The notes under the pieces: generated by a model
What the model was told of the DNA's origin: nothing
Databases searched by the model: none
Seen by the model: the letters and a program-made list of their open reading frames with translations, nothing else
Assembly: GCF_006345805.1 (NCBI RefSeq)
Contig: NW_021832379.1
Span: forward strand, 1-64,000
Reading direction: 5' to 3'
Source: Octopus sinensis
Taxonomy: Eukaryota
Length of the DNA stretch: 64,000 bases
Program-made: the position numbers and the translations under genes
Shown here: one piece after another, positions 26,101 through 39,700 of the stretch
Numbering within the stretch: the first letter of the stretch is position 1
Layout: the number at the start of each line of letters is the position of its first letter

Positions 26101-27412
26101 TTATTTTCATTTTTGTGTAACTTAGACAACAATATTTTCACTGCACCCTCTGTGTATGTGTGTGAATATATTGTATTATGCATAGAAGCAATGCACGTTA
26201 CCAGAATTCTTGACTTGAGTCAAACAGAACCAGTCCAAATCCTTGTCAGAGTATCCATGTAAATGGAGTAAGGACTGGGATAAATTTGACAGTTTGCATC
26301 GAAGGAAAGGAGAACTCAATATCCCACCCAAAACTAAAGGTATGTAAAAAAAAAAAAAAAAAAAAAAAAATAGCAACCACATTATCATTACTTGGATTTG
26401 GTTATGAGCAATGACTAGAAGAATATTGAGCTTTATTGGATAACTAGTTGATCTAGCAAGCAGGGCCTCATATCAGTGGTGGGGGGGGTGCAGTGCACAA
26501 TGACAACGTAGAGAGGTAAGCCCCAAAACGGGGTGCATTCTCTCCTGATGACCCCATACACTTGCTGGCTTTCAGTATGCGAGGCTTTTAACTGGTAGCA
26601 CTTGCAAGTTGTTTGCAAAACATGTAGAGATAAATGAGCACTAGTTTTTAATTACTCTATAATGTATAATTTAACAATTATGATATGATATACTATCACT
26701 TTACCTGAAAGCTTTTAGCTCTGTGTTTTGTGTGTGTTTTACACCTTGAATTCTTGGTGTTTGCCACATCAAATACTCACTGTTGTATACATGTCCATCT
26801 TATATATGTCATAAATATTTGGAATGAGGACAAGAGACATGTTAATGAGTAAGATGATCTCAACAGGATTTGAACTCTAAATTACTGAGTTATGATAGTG
26901 AATAATTGTGGGTACGTATAAGCATTTCAATTCTACTTACTATTCATCTAAGCTAATACAATCACCAAACCTAAAGAAACCTGACAACAGGCTGACTGAA
27001 ACTAAATTGTTTTCAATATAATATGGTTCTTCACATTTCATCATAATGACCAAAGTGAAGCTCAATAGCAACTCTGCTGTTCTAGATTTGAAGCTTGTCC
27101 CTTGTTTGTTATGCAGACATTTTTATAGACCAACTTATACAACAATACTGATTGTGAGGTCCCAAGAGAGACCAGTTGAGAGAGTGAATTTTAACTCTGG
27201 TTTCATGGGATAAAGTAAATCTAAATCTTTCATGAGATAGGATGGTTATCTGTTGCAGGTGACATTCGCAGATGATCTGTCGCCTGCATCTGACATTGGA
27301 ACGAGACAATTTGGTGCAGCTGCATGGATGCTGATGATCTGACACAGCTGACTGGTCATTTCTGGCAACAGTGTCTTTTGGTGCTGAAGGAACAGAGGTA
27401 CACATGTTCAAA

Positions 27413-27485
<73 letters not shown>

Positions 27486-29159
27486 TCACAATTTATATAA
27501 ATTGAACATGACTAACAAAGACTTTCTCTTTCCTCAGACATGTATAAAGAAATAGCCTTTCTGCTATAGACACAAGGCCTGAAATTTTGGCAGGAGGAGG
27601 CCAGTTGATTAATTACATTGACCCCCTGTACATGGCTGGTACTTGTTTTATCAACCCTGAAAGGATGAAAGACTAAGTCAACCTTGGTAGAATTTGAACT
27701 TATAACAGAGAGATGGACAAAATGCCGCTAAGCGAAAACGTCTGATGTCGAATAAATCAGCACTGAGTTAGTGGTGCCAAAACAGCTGTGCCGAAATGTC
27801 TCATAGTCCTCTGACAGCTAGACAGACTAAAACAATGCAGAATAAAGTATTCTGCTCAGGAACACAAATGTCAACAACAGATTTGAAATCATTACCTATC
27901 AGATAATATTTCTACCTACACAACTAGTTTGACTTAACCTTGTACAGGAATGATCTGGCATAAGTTCCTACTTTTATTTTGATGAATTTACTTTTATGAA
28001 AGACATAATTCAAGAACCCAACTCAGTGATATAGAAATACTAAAAGTACTGCAATGTGGCCTGAGAATTCTAGATCTTCATGAGAGGCCTACAGTGAATG
28101 ATACACATGCAGGGTCATAAGGACCGCTGCAGCTCTCTATCAAACAGGAATTCACTGCAAGAGGACAGAAGTATCCAGCCTGCATAATAAATTATTCAAA
28201 CTTTTCAATTACATATAAAGACAAGAAGATATGTCCATCTGTCCTGAATAGATTAAATGTGGCAGAGGAGAGATTAAGGTAGCATGGAATCATACAAGCT
28301 TCCATGTTTTCTTTACATATTCATTAAGTTTTTATATCAGTGTTTAGAGCAGTGGTTCTCACCCCCCCCCATGGTCCTCTTTGTTTCGTATTTTATTTGG
28401 GTGGACCCTCATAGCCATTTGATATTTAAAAAATCCTATTATATTTTTAGAATTATATATTATTAAGAATTGTGTAAAAAAATAGTTTGTGTTTTGTTGA
28501 AGCATAACCAATTTATTGCAGATAAATTTTAACAATTAAATCTTATACGGACCCCAAGGGTCAAGTGGACCCTAGTTGAGAACAGGGCTGTGGAGTTGGA
28601 GTTATGGAGTTGGAAACAATTAAGGGGTAGCTGGAGTCAGAGTCGGTAAAACTATACCGACTTTGACTCACAATATCTTTCTTCTTTAATATAAACCAGT
28701 TATAACATAGAGGCCTATTCAAAGTACAAGCTTATGCCTATTCTTTACGAGATATGGAGACCACAGTCAATTTTATAGAGGAGGAGGAGGAGTTGTTGCA
28801 GTTTTTTGTTTCAACTCCACAGCCCTGGTTGAGAAACAGATAGAAAGGGATGGGGTATTTGTGGGAAAATCAAATAGAGGAGGAGATGAAAACAGTTTGA
28901 TGTTGCAAAACAGAGAGAAAGAGAGATAGAGAGAAAGGCATTGATATGTTCAGGACAAAGAGGTAAGAAAAATCTAAACTCACCTTTCAGAAAAACAATA
29001 CGGCCTCCATTTTGATGAGTAAGTCAACGGCACAGAACAACTGATCCAGCTCTCGTATTAAAAGCGGAGGAGGTCAGACAGACATTCTCCTTATAAACTT
29101 CACCCCACAATCACCCACTATTGGGGATGGGGGGAAACGTATTCAAATATTATGAGGAG

Positions 29160-29231
<72 letters not shown>

Positions 29232-32200
29232 ATGTAGCAGACCCAATGAGAAAGAGGAAAGTGGTTTGCCGATTCAATAATCCAATTAGTTACTCTGGTT
29301 AATAAATTGTTCAACTGGTATGTTATGAAGACGAAAAATAAAAAAGACATAAGGGGCAAGGATAAATTGTATTGACCTCAGTAAAGGTCAAAATGTGGAA
29401 GGGATTGATCCTGTTCCGGTCAATCCAGAATGTGAGGCAAAACAACAAAGTTTCAATACACAACTCCACTTCCACTGTTGCCAAATATTTATTACAGAGA
29501 GAGAGAGATTAGTTACAAGATTCATTAGAATCTAGGGATATCCACAAGTAGGATGCTAGGATTGGCTAGGTACCATGACATTGGGGTAAAACAACCATGA
29601 GGTATCATGTGTGTGTGTGTATGTATGTAGGTACCAAACCCAATATAAACCGTGTATCCGACTCAGGGTCGGTTCCTGGTGTGGTGTAGGTATAAAAAGA
29701 ACACTAAAGGGGTTTAAAATTTACATCTGTTTCAGTTGAATTTTATTGATGCGTTCATAGACTACATCAATTCTGAAACAACTGCAGAAAATTTTAAACC
29801 TAATTTGTGTTCTTATATATATTTTGAAAGCAAGCAAGTAAAAATTTGGGGAAAAACTCATGCAGAAAGGTTTTGTGCTTAAACCTTTCTCTACTGCACT
29901 TATGTAACCCTTTAGTAATTAGCATATATTATATTACAATTATGTAGTAAATATTATGCAGTTTTTAGTGTGCTTATCTTACTGAGGAAGAACAGTAAGT
30001 ACTGCAAAGTGTGGTGAGGTCAGAGCTACAGACCCATCTAACCTAAGTGGGCAAACACAAACCAAATTAAGCACAAAGAAACTGAAACATATATCCAACT
30101 GGTTCCATGTACAACTTTGGTATATTTCTCTATAGCAGACAATATAGCCTGAACCAAAGCCAGTTGAAACTTATCTGAAGTTATATTTGGAGATATCTCA
30201 GTAATAATAATATGTACATATATTTTAATGATATCCCTGCATATTTACTTCATGCATGACCTTTCACAAAGTCACAATGTTCAAAATTAATTGTGCAATT
30301 TTGTTTTTTTCACAATATATTATGTATTTATTGTATGTTGTTATGCTTTCTCTCTACCAACATATTACAATATTTAAAGACAAAATATACTTTGGCTCAC
30401 GGACTAACTACATCTACACTTTTGAAGTCCTATTGATAATGATCAAGAGAAACGTATAATGCTTCATGATAATGCTTTAGTTTCCCAAGGAAGAAGCACA
30501 GAGATAACTGCAGACTTTGTGGTGCGCAAAAGAAATATAGACACATAAAATAGGAGAAACACAGCTAGAGCTGCTGTTTACTATATAATATAAAAGATAT
30601 AGAAAGAAACACAGAAATACAGCTAGATCTGCTGTTTTCTGTACAATATAAAAGATACAGAAATACAACAATAACATGGTAGTAATATTTGAGTATGATA
30701 ATTAAAAGAAATAAAATATGTGACTGAAAATATGCAGAGAGCTGTAAAGGAAAATTAATAATGTGAAAGAAAAAAAAACATCTTGCTTGAATAATTTGAT
30801 AGAATCTGCCTCCAATATTATTTCAACAGAAACCAACTGGAGAAATAAATATTTTGAATAAGATCTTACTGAAAATTAACATAGATTTCACCTTAAGGTC
30901 AGAATGTGAAAAATTAATTTTGCTTTTTAGAATTGGCTAATTTCAAAAGACAATTTTAGTTTCTGATTTCTTGGACAACTAGAAGATAGTCATAGGAGCC
31001 ATTATGTTGAGAGAATGAGTGTGGAGGGCATGAACCACTTTGATATAAAGCAGATGAACGAACAGAATTAGGTGGCAGAGAATAAATTACACTTTAACCT
31101 TCATGGAATCAACTTGTTTTGCTGTTCAACAGAGAATGCACGGCTAATTTATAGACAGCCTGTCTTTGGCTTTTATTTACACCATTTCATCCAGTTTACC
31201 AACTCAATTTGTCAAACTAATTTCCTTTTATTTACAGACCCAACTCCTGCTGCCTTTGGAGACAGGCTCCAGCAGTACCCTCAACACAAGTGTTGACCCT
31301 AAAAATTTATCTACATGTATATTCCTAGCAAAGAATGAATGAACCATTCAACATAGACTGGTGCTAGTACCATCAGAGTAAGAGTCAGACAGACCCAGAA
31401 ACACAAGATAATTTGGAGAAGGATGGTACGGAAGCTAAAAGATCCCTCAACATATAATGTAAAAGCCAAATGGGAACAGACCAGAATCCAACCACAAAGG
31501 GGACATGGTTTATAAAAGGATACAAAAAAATAAAAGCCATAAAAATCTAAGAGACTCACCTAAGTATAAATGGAAGAGAATGCGAGGAACCTAGTCCTAA
31601 TGGCTGATTCTGGTGAAGAATTAAGAAATTCTAAATGTAGAAGAAAGGTATAGAATCAACAAGTCTTAACTCTTTAACATTTAATCCAGCTATATTCTGC
31701 CCAAAATGTTCTGTTTTATGATGAAACAAACCAGATCCAGTCTCTCACAAACTGTCAGTCGAAAAATAAGCAACCACATCGTCAAAATCTCAATTAATTA
31801 ACTCATCTACAAAACAGAAGTTATCAAATACTTACAGAGTATTTGAAAGACTTTATATATATTAGCGACAAAGGAATTACTGAGAGGTAATATTTATCCC
31901 CCACATAAGCGTGGAAGTTGTGTTAGAACAAACTATACTGTGGTGGATGGCACAAGAGAAACTTGCATCTTGCTTTTTGGTGCAAAATGCATTCTTATTT
32001 CCATTGCAAGCAGGGAGATAAATTGCCAGCATCTCCAGCACCGAGACCACCAGATCACGTGATTTCAATCTTCCTTGGTTTTGTCAATAAGATGGCAGGA
32101 ATTTACCTTCCTGCTAGCGATATAAACAAGCATGCATCTTGCACCAAAAGCCAATATGAGAGTTTCTCTCATGGTATCTATCACAGTATAGTTTGTTCTA

Positions 32201-35200
32201 ACAGAACATCCACATCTCAGTGGTGATAAATATTATCTCCTGGTAGTAGTACTGCCTCTGTCACTAATATATATAAATTCTTTCAACTAGTCTAAAAGTA
32301 GTTGATAATTTCTGTTATGTAGACGAGTCAAGCAAAATCACAGTCATGCCAGTGGCACATAGAAGCAACCATTACACTCTCAGCATGGTTGGCATTAGGA
32401 AGGGCATCCAGCCATAGAAACCAAGCCAAACCAAACTGTAGTCTGGTGCAGCCTTCCAGCTGACCAGCTCTAGTCAAACCATTCAACCCATGCCAGCATG
32501 GACAACAGATGTTAAATGATGATGGAAGAGGGTGTGTCAAAAACACAGTAAGAATGGGACAGGAAAAGTTCAGGGAACTCATTTCTGCTTGGAAAAAAGA
32601 GGGATTCTTTCACCAAGTGAAAGAAAAATTGTATGATAGCTGCATAAAGAGCAATGCTACATGGTGGTGAAACATGGAGATTGAGTGTGAAGGATGACTG
32701 ATGTCTAGAATGGAACGAGGTGAGTTTGCTCTGCTGGATGTGTAACATCAGTAATGTCTGGAATGGTAAAGCAGGGACCGAGAGCTGAACCAATGTAAGG
32801 CATGCTATCCCATGCTCTAACAACTACAATTGCCTCCCTCACAGTTATCTTATTTACATGACACAAACAGTCTTTTTATACTTTTTATAAAAAGTATTTT
32901 ATAAAAATGCTTTATTCAGCAGAAATTACATCACTTATCCATTTTTTCAAACATTATCTTACTTTCACCAAACAAACAAAAAAAAAGCACTCAACTTGTT
33001 TTGTTATTTGGTCAAGAATAGGGCAACACACATACATTATACAAAGGCAAAAATATAATATAAAAGCTAAGTAGATTAGAAAAGTACAACCCAGTATCAA
33101 TCTTTCATAATTACAGAATCAGTAAAAGAAAAGCAGCTGTGACCCATTTGACTGGCAAATTGTCAACTACTCAAATATAGACATAGCTCTTATTTTAATT
33201 AAGATTGATAACTATGAAAATAAAAAAAGAAAAAGAAAAGCATAAAAAGTACTTGATCAAAAGAGTTATGGGTTTACACTATGTTTTTAAAGACACAATT
33301 ATCAAAAGTAAATGAAGAGAAAATCACTAAAAGATATCTGATACAAACATCCCTATTTTAACAACTATCCATGCCATACTGACATACAACAAACAAACAA
33401 ACAAATAAAAAGCCCTGTGTGAAACTATTCAAATTATAAATTGATAAATTTAATAATTTTCAAATCATTATAAAAAAACACATGTATGTTTCAATCAGTG
33501 TCTAGCATTAATTTATGAGATTATCAGAAAAAACTTCCTGTGATTAAAAACAAACTCTTTTAATTAGTTTTCCTATTCGTTTTAAATTAGAAATCTTGTT
33601 CAAAAAGAAGAGGAGGCAGATTCTAAGAAATTCAGTGATTTACCTCACAGGACAAGCATCGATATATTTTGGAAGAAGAAAAAAAATACATAATTAAAAT
33701 GGACACTGTCAGTGGAAATTCAATGGAACTCCTGATTAAAATCAAACAGAGGATAATATAGAATAGAAATGTGGGAATAATAGATAATTATTTCTTTCTT
33801 AAGTACAGAGAGACAAAAACCACTATTCAGTGTGTGTGTGTGTGTGTGTGTGTTGTATTATCTGAGAGGAATCTAGCACAGAAAATGGACAGAGACGGAC
33901 TCACTAACAAGGATATCAGATATGTGAAGGGAAAATAATCCTACCTGGGTTATAATTAAAGAACTTTTGATAATCAGAAGCTAAAACTATAGAGTTCAGT
34001 TAAAAGTCCTCAAAAGATAGCCAATGTTTATCGCACACAGAAGAATGCTTTAGTGGACACAGTCCATAGAAGAGTCTTTTGGTACCAATGGAGTCATGGA
34101 GCCAACACAGCATTCAGAAATTACCGAGATACCTAAATCCACTTTATATAATCTCACATGACTGACCAGACTATTTTGATTATTGTACATCACTGGTCAA
34201 AATGCACTTTGCATCAGCTTTGGTTTAGAATGATGCCACCCTGCTGGTTAAGCGAGCAGGCCAACATTCCCCCTGACTGGAAAGCTAGTTTGTCAGAGGG
34301 TGACCCATTTACAGATGAGTGGACTGGACCAACATGAAATAATGTGTTTTATTCAAGAACACAACATGTAACTGGTCTGGGAATCGAAACCACAACCTCA
34401 TGATTGTGAGGGCAACACGCCCAACCACTAGGCCATATATAATATATATCTATAAATGATGAACCAGAATCAATAAAAGAATGAACTATTTAAAGGCGAG
34501 AAAATGAACATAAAAAAATGTTTTTAAATATTAGCACAAAGCCAGGAAATTTTAGGGGAAGTGGGGTTCAGTTGATTACTTGATTGGAACAGTTCAAAAA
34601 GATGAATGACAAAGTTGACCTCAATGGTAGTTGACCTCATCATGTAAAGAGCTGGAAGAAATGCTGCTAATCATTTTGTTTAATCCACTAAAGATTCCGC
34701 CAGCTGGCCACCGCATAACAATATAAACAAAAACCAGAAAATTAAGAAGAGAGTGTTGGCTCATTAAATTGACCTCAGTACATAATAATAATGATCCTTT
34801 CTACTGTAAGCACAAGGCCTGATATTTTGGGGGAGGGGCGAGTTGATCACGTCGACCATACTGTTCAATTGATTCTTAATTTATCAACTCCGAAGGGATG
34901 AAAAGCAAAGTTGACCTCGGCAGAATTTGAACCCAGAACATTTCACCCAGTATGCTAACAATTGTGCCAGCTCCCTGCTTTTATAATCCTTTCTACTGAA
35001 GGTACAAGACCTGAAATTTTAGGGACTAATCAATTACATCGTCCCCAGTACATAACTGGTACTTATTTAATCAACCCCAAATGAATGAAAGGCAAAGTCA
35101 ACCTCAGTGGAATTTGAACTCAGAATGTAAAGACAGACGAAATGCCACTAAACATTTTGCTTGGCATGCTAATGATTCTGCCAGCTTGCAGAATCGTTAC

Positions 35201-36699
35201 CGATAATAATAATAATAATGGTTTCTTTCTGATGTTAGCAGAAAGCTAAAATTTATAAGACAATAATATCACTAAATTGAATCAATTTCAAAATATAAAG
35301 AGGAAAGGAAGCACTAAAGCTGAGATCAAAGACCATCCAATATGACCACCTACTGTCAGTGACAAATTTAAATATGCAGGGGAGGGAGGAGAGAGATACA
35401 GTTTATTGATTCAATCCTTGTATATATTAATATTGATTTTAATATTGACCACTGATAGATGAAAGGCAAAGTCAGTCTCAGCTTGAATTGAAGCTGAAAT
35501 AAATCTGTTTGGCAATTTGTGTTGTTGAGATGGAATAAAGCTTCATGGATGAGAAACAAGGCTGGACCTGGCGTTAATTCCTGAACTGGGTAGCATAAAG
35601 CAAACCACTGTGTCTCTCAACTGTGTGTAATCATTGTAAGAAAAAAATATAAGCGTTTGTTGTTGATGCCATAAGAACTGTAGAAACTCTGAGAGAACAT
35701 GAAATAATTCTACTTTGGAACAGTGAAGCTTGAAGTAATAGCCTGTAAATATTGAGTAAATAAATCCTTTGGATAGAAAATAAATTGGCCAGCCTTTGAC
35801 TTTTTTTTTATCCAAAAAGGTTTTTTAATCAAATATTTACATGCTATTATTTATAGCTTTATCTACTTCAAGCTTCACTGTTCCAAATAAGCCTTTGTAT
35901 TAAGATGAAGTTATTGATATGAAAAATATTATAATAATCAGATGGAAAACTAGAAACAATAAATTATGTTAATATTAAGCAGTTAAAATACATACAATAA
36001 GAGTTTTTGTCTTTCATTGAATTCTGCAAAATTGTGGGTGGATATAGAGATCTTGTTCAACTAAATAAGTGACTAGTATCTAACTGTAAAATTATAAAAA
36101 CTGAAGGACTTGCATGAAGAAAGAAAAGTATAATGGGTAGGTGATGGAAACATTTATCATTTAAAATATTTTGATAGGTTTTAAGGCTTTATTAATGGTT
36201 AAAACATATCTCGAGTTGGATTGTAATAAGGAGAACATAGTGAGAAAGAGAGAGAGAAAAAAAAAGGTTAGAATAAAAACAGGTTTGTACATCCAAAGCA
36301 ACCATTTATATACACATTCACCTCACACAGACATCTCACTTTTGTGTGCGCAATACGTGTATGTTGTGTCTTGAAAACACTGCTGACATCAGACTGCAAA
36401 AATAGAACTAATAATCAGTGATGTAACAACAACATTATAATAATAATAATAATGATAATAAAGAGAATAATACAAAAGTTATTATCAGAGCTGAAAACAG
36501 AAGAGAAATACAGTTTCGATTAATAGCAGGAAGCAAAGGTAACAAAAGTTAAACTCACCAGTAAAACCAGCATCAACATCACCTGGTCTGCAGTGAATGC
36601 CGCTACTTCAACATCATTTGCCATCAATAGCCAGCTTGCTTGCTTGGTAGTAAATGCTGTTTTCCTCCCAATTTTTGCATATGTATATACATATATATA

Positions 36700-36750
<51 letters not shown>

Positions 36751-39700
36751 TTTCTTTTTTTCTCTCTCTCTCTCTCTTCCCCTTTGTTCTTCTTCACTCT
36801 CATTCCTTATTTGTCTCTTTACCATGCTCACTGGTTGCTTTCTTTCAAAACATCCACAGAGAGATAAGGAGACAAACCCAAACCCAAACCCAAGCTGAAA
36901 CCAGTCAGACACAAATCTTCATTTCAGCAGCTGCACAAGATAAGCTTGGCCCAGGTTTGAAATCATGTCGAATTAAGTCATTTAATGGTCTTGTCTTATC
37001 TGGGGGAAGGTCACAATTTCTAAAGTTCCAGTTCTTTGGTTTCCAAAAGATTTTCGTCATTAAACTCCTTTCTTCTACCGAAATCCAATGGATCCTTTAT
37101 TTCCACAATTTCTTTCCATTAGCTCTAATCCGTCTCTCTCTCTCTTTCGCTCATCTTATTTTAGCTTATAAGATTGTTCTCCTTTGCTCTCCTTCATTAA
37201 ACGTTCACATCAGCCAAGACAAGCAGAGAATTGGGCCATTTAAGTCCAATAGATTCTGAGTGCAAATGTCAACATTAGTCGTCAGCAATGGAGTTGACAA
37301 GAGAACCAGAGAGCATTGTTGAGAACAGGCGGTTGCCAACGTTGTCAAGAGCAGGCAGTTGCTATTGTTCTCAGCAGTCAAATCTGTCACCTGTCTACAG
37401 AGTCACAGTCAGATGGGTTAAGGCAGCTCAATGTGCAACATACTTGCAAACTACCACAGGTTATATCCAAGAAGAACAAGAAGAAGAGATGGACGTACCT
37501 GTCCCAACAGACGGACCAACCAGTTGGTGCTCCACTTTTCTCAAATTGGATAATTTGTTGATTAGCTTCCTGCAATCTTTCAAAGAAATAGCTGGTTGAC
37601 AGACCACCAGCTTGCCAGTCTGATGAACGAGTCTGCAAATAAGTTGTGAAAAAGCAATGGAATTTTTAAAGTGGCTTGAATAGTCATTTTGTTATTTTAG
37701 GAGATTATAATAGGATATATGTCAAGAGTAAGCTTAGTACTAACGTCACAGGATAAGGTGAAAATTATTTATAGCATTGGGATACTATGATAAGCTAAAA
37801 TAAATTGACCCTTACCAACCTGAGTGTCTAACTTTACCCTCCACCTGCACTCCCGAGCAAAAAAAAAAAAAAAAAAAAAAAGAAAAGAAGTTTCATCTAC
37901 AGCTCCAGATTAACGATTGCAGGCAAATTAAAGGACGGAATCTTCTTTTTCTGTGTTGTTCATTCTTGGTTCACCAGGGAAGAATCCAGCCATGATGACC
38001 TTTAACCTATTCCTGCTAAAGTGGGAACACGACATGACGATAAGGTTAATTGTTGTGAAATACATTATGTAGGGGCGTCTAAAGATGTCCGCAGATCTAC
38101 AGTAGGGTCCATCAAGCAATGACATAGCCACTAAAATCAAACTACCTGCAATTGAGATCATTAACCCATTAAGTCCCAGAGTACTTAAATTTCTGAATAT
38201 TACTTTTAAATTTTTACGGAAGATTGAAAATAGGTTAAAATGAAAAAAATAATTATTAAAACTCCTTTACTTCAAGTAGAAATGGAAATACTCGGTGTCC
38301 TATAAATAGGACACTGAGACAATGTGAGTACAGCTTATTTAATGTTTTCATTTAGTGTCCTACTTATAGGACAGTGGAACTTAATGGGTTAAGAGAAATG
38401 GTATTTAAAGTTACACCTATTTTGTGTTAAAAGATCTCTGAAAATCCACACACCCACAGAGTGTACTTTGGTATACAAGAAGAAGTAAGAAGTATTCTAG
38501 GAATGCATGCAAAACATTTTTTTTTTTTGGATACGTAAATGATGGCTTTTAAATACATAATACTACCTAAGGTGGATGAAGGAAAAGGAGTTGTAAAAAA
38601 AGTGTTCTTGAAATCTTTGAGTGGGTATTTACCTTTAGCTGGACGAGCAACACTTGAAGTTTGGATGGTTTGTTGATATCAATCTCTAAAAAGTCCATTT
38701 TGTCCATAACTAATTGATTTAGATCCATCACAGTTTCCTAGAAAAACAAAAAAAAAATGTATATTCCAAAAACAAGGAAAAAATTCATCATCAACGTCAT
38801 TAAATGTCATTTTTTCCATGTTGGCCTAAGGTGCAAGGCTCATCTGGAACCGACATCTACTTTGGCAAGGTTTCTACAGCTGGATGCCCATCCTAATGCC
38901 AGCCACTTTACAGCAGCAATGATGTCACAAGTCCATTTATTTAAAACAATAAAACATTGCAACACAGCCTTAATGGCATCACTGTCGACATAGATTACAC
39001 AACACCTACCAATCAAACTTATATTCAGATCAGAGTTGATAGACCTTTCACAACAAAGGAGGGGAGGTTTCACATACATGGAAACTTGCATTCAATATAT
39101 CATCATCATCATTTAACTTCCGCTTTCCATGCTGGCATGGGTTGGGCAGTTTGACTGAGAACTGGTGAGCCAGGTTCCAATCTGAGCTGGCAAGGTGTCT
39201 ACAGCTGGATGCCCTTCCTAATGCCAACCACCTATGTTTATTTCTAATAAAGTGTTGTTTTTTAGTTTATGAGCGTTGGCCAATGCTGGTATCACGTCAG
39301 TGACATCCATGCTGGTGGCACATAAAATGCACCCACTACATTTATAGAGTGGTTGGCTTTAGGAAAGGCATCCAGCTGTAGACACCTTGCCAGCTCAGAT
39401 TGGAACCTGGCTTACCAGTTCTCAGTCAAACTGCCCAACCCATGCCAGCATGGAAAGCGGAAGTTAAATGATGATGATGATATATTGAATGCAAGTTTCC
39501 ATGTATGTGATAAGACCCCTCCTCTCCTTTGTTGTGAAAGGTCTATCAACTCTGATCTGAATATAAGTTTGATTGGTAGGTGTTGTGTAACACATATGGC
39601 TGTGTGGTAAGTAACTTGCTTGCCGGCCACATGGTTCTGTGTTCAGTGCCATTGCATGGCACCTTGGGCAAGTGTCTTCTACTATAGCCTTAGGCTGACC

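Noticed and set aside
26545-26551. CTGATGA inside a small ggggt/acccc hairpin
   Set aside because: No stem II plus GAAA follows.
36875-36893. (AAACCC)3 as interstitial telomere
   Set aside because: Only three units, and not the TTAGGG repeat.
37992-37998. C-box-like ATGATGA (snoRNA)
   Set aside because: Antisense to the host gene, and no suitably placed D box or terminal stem.
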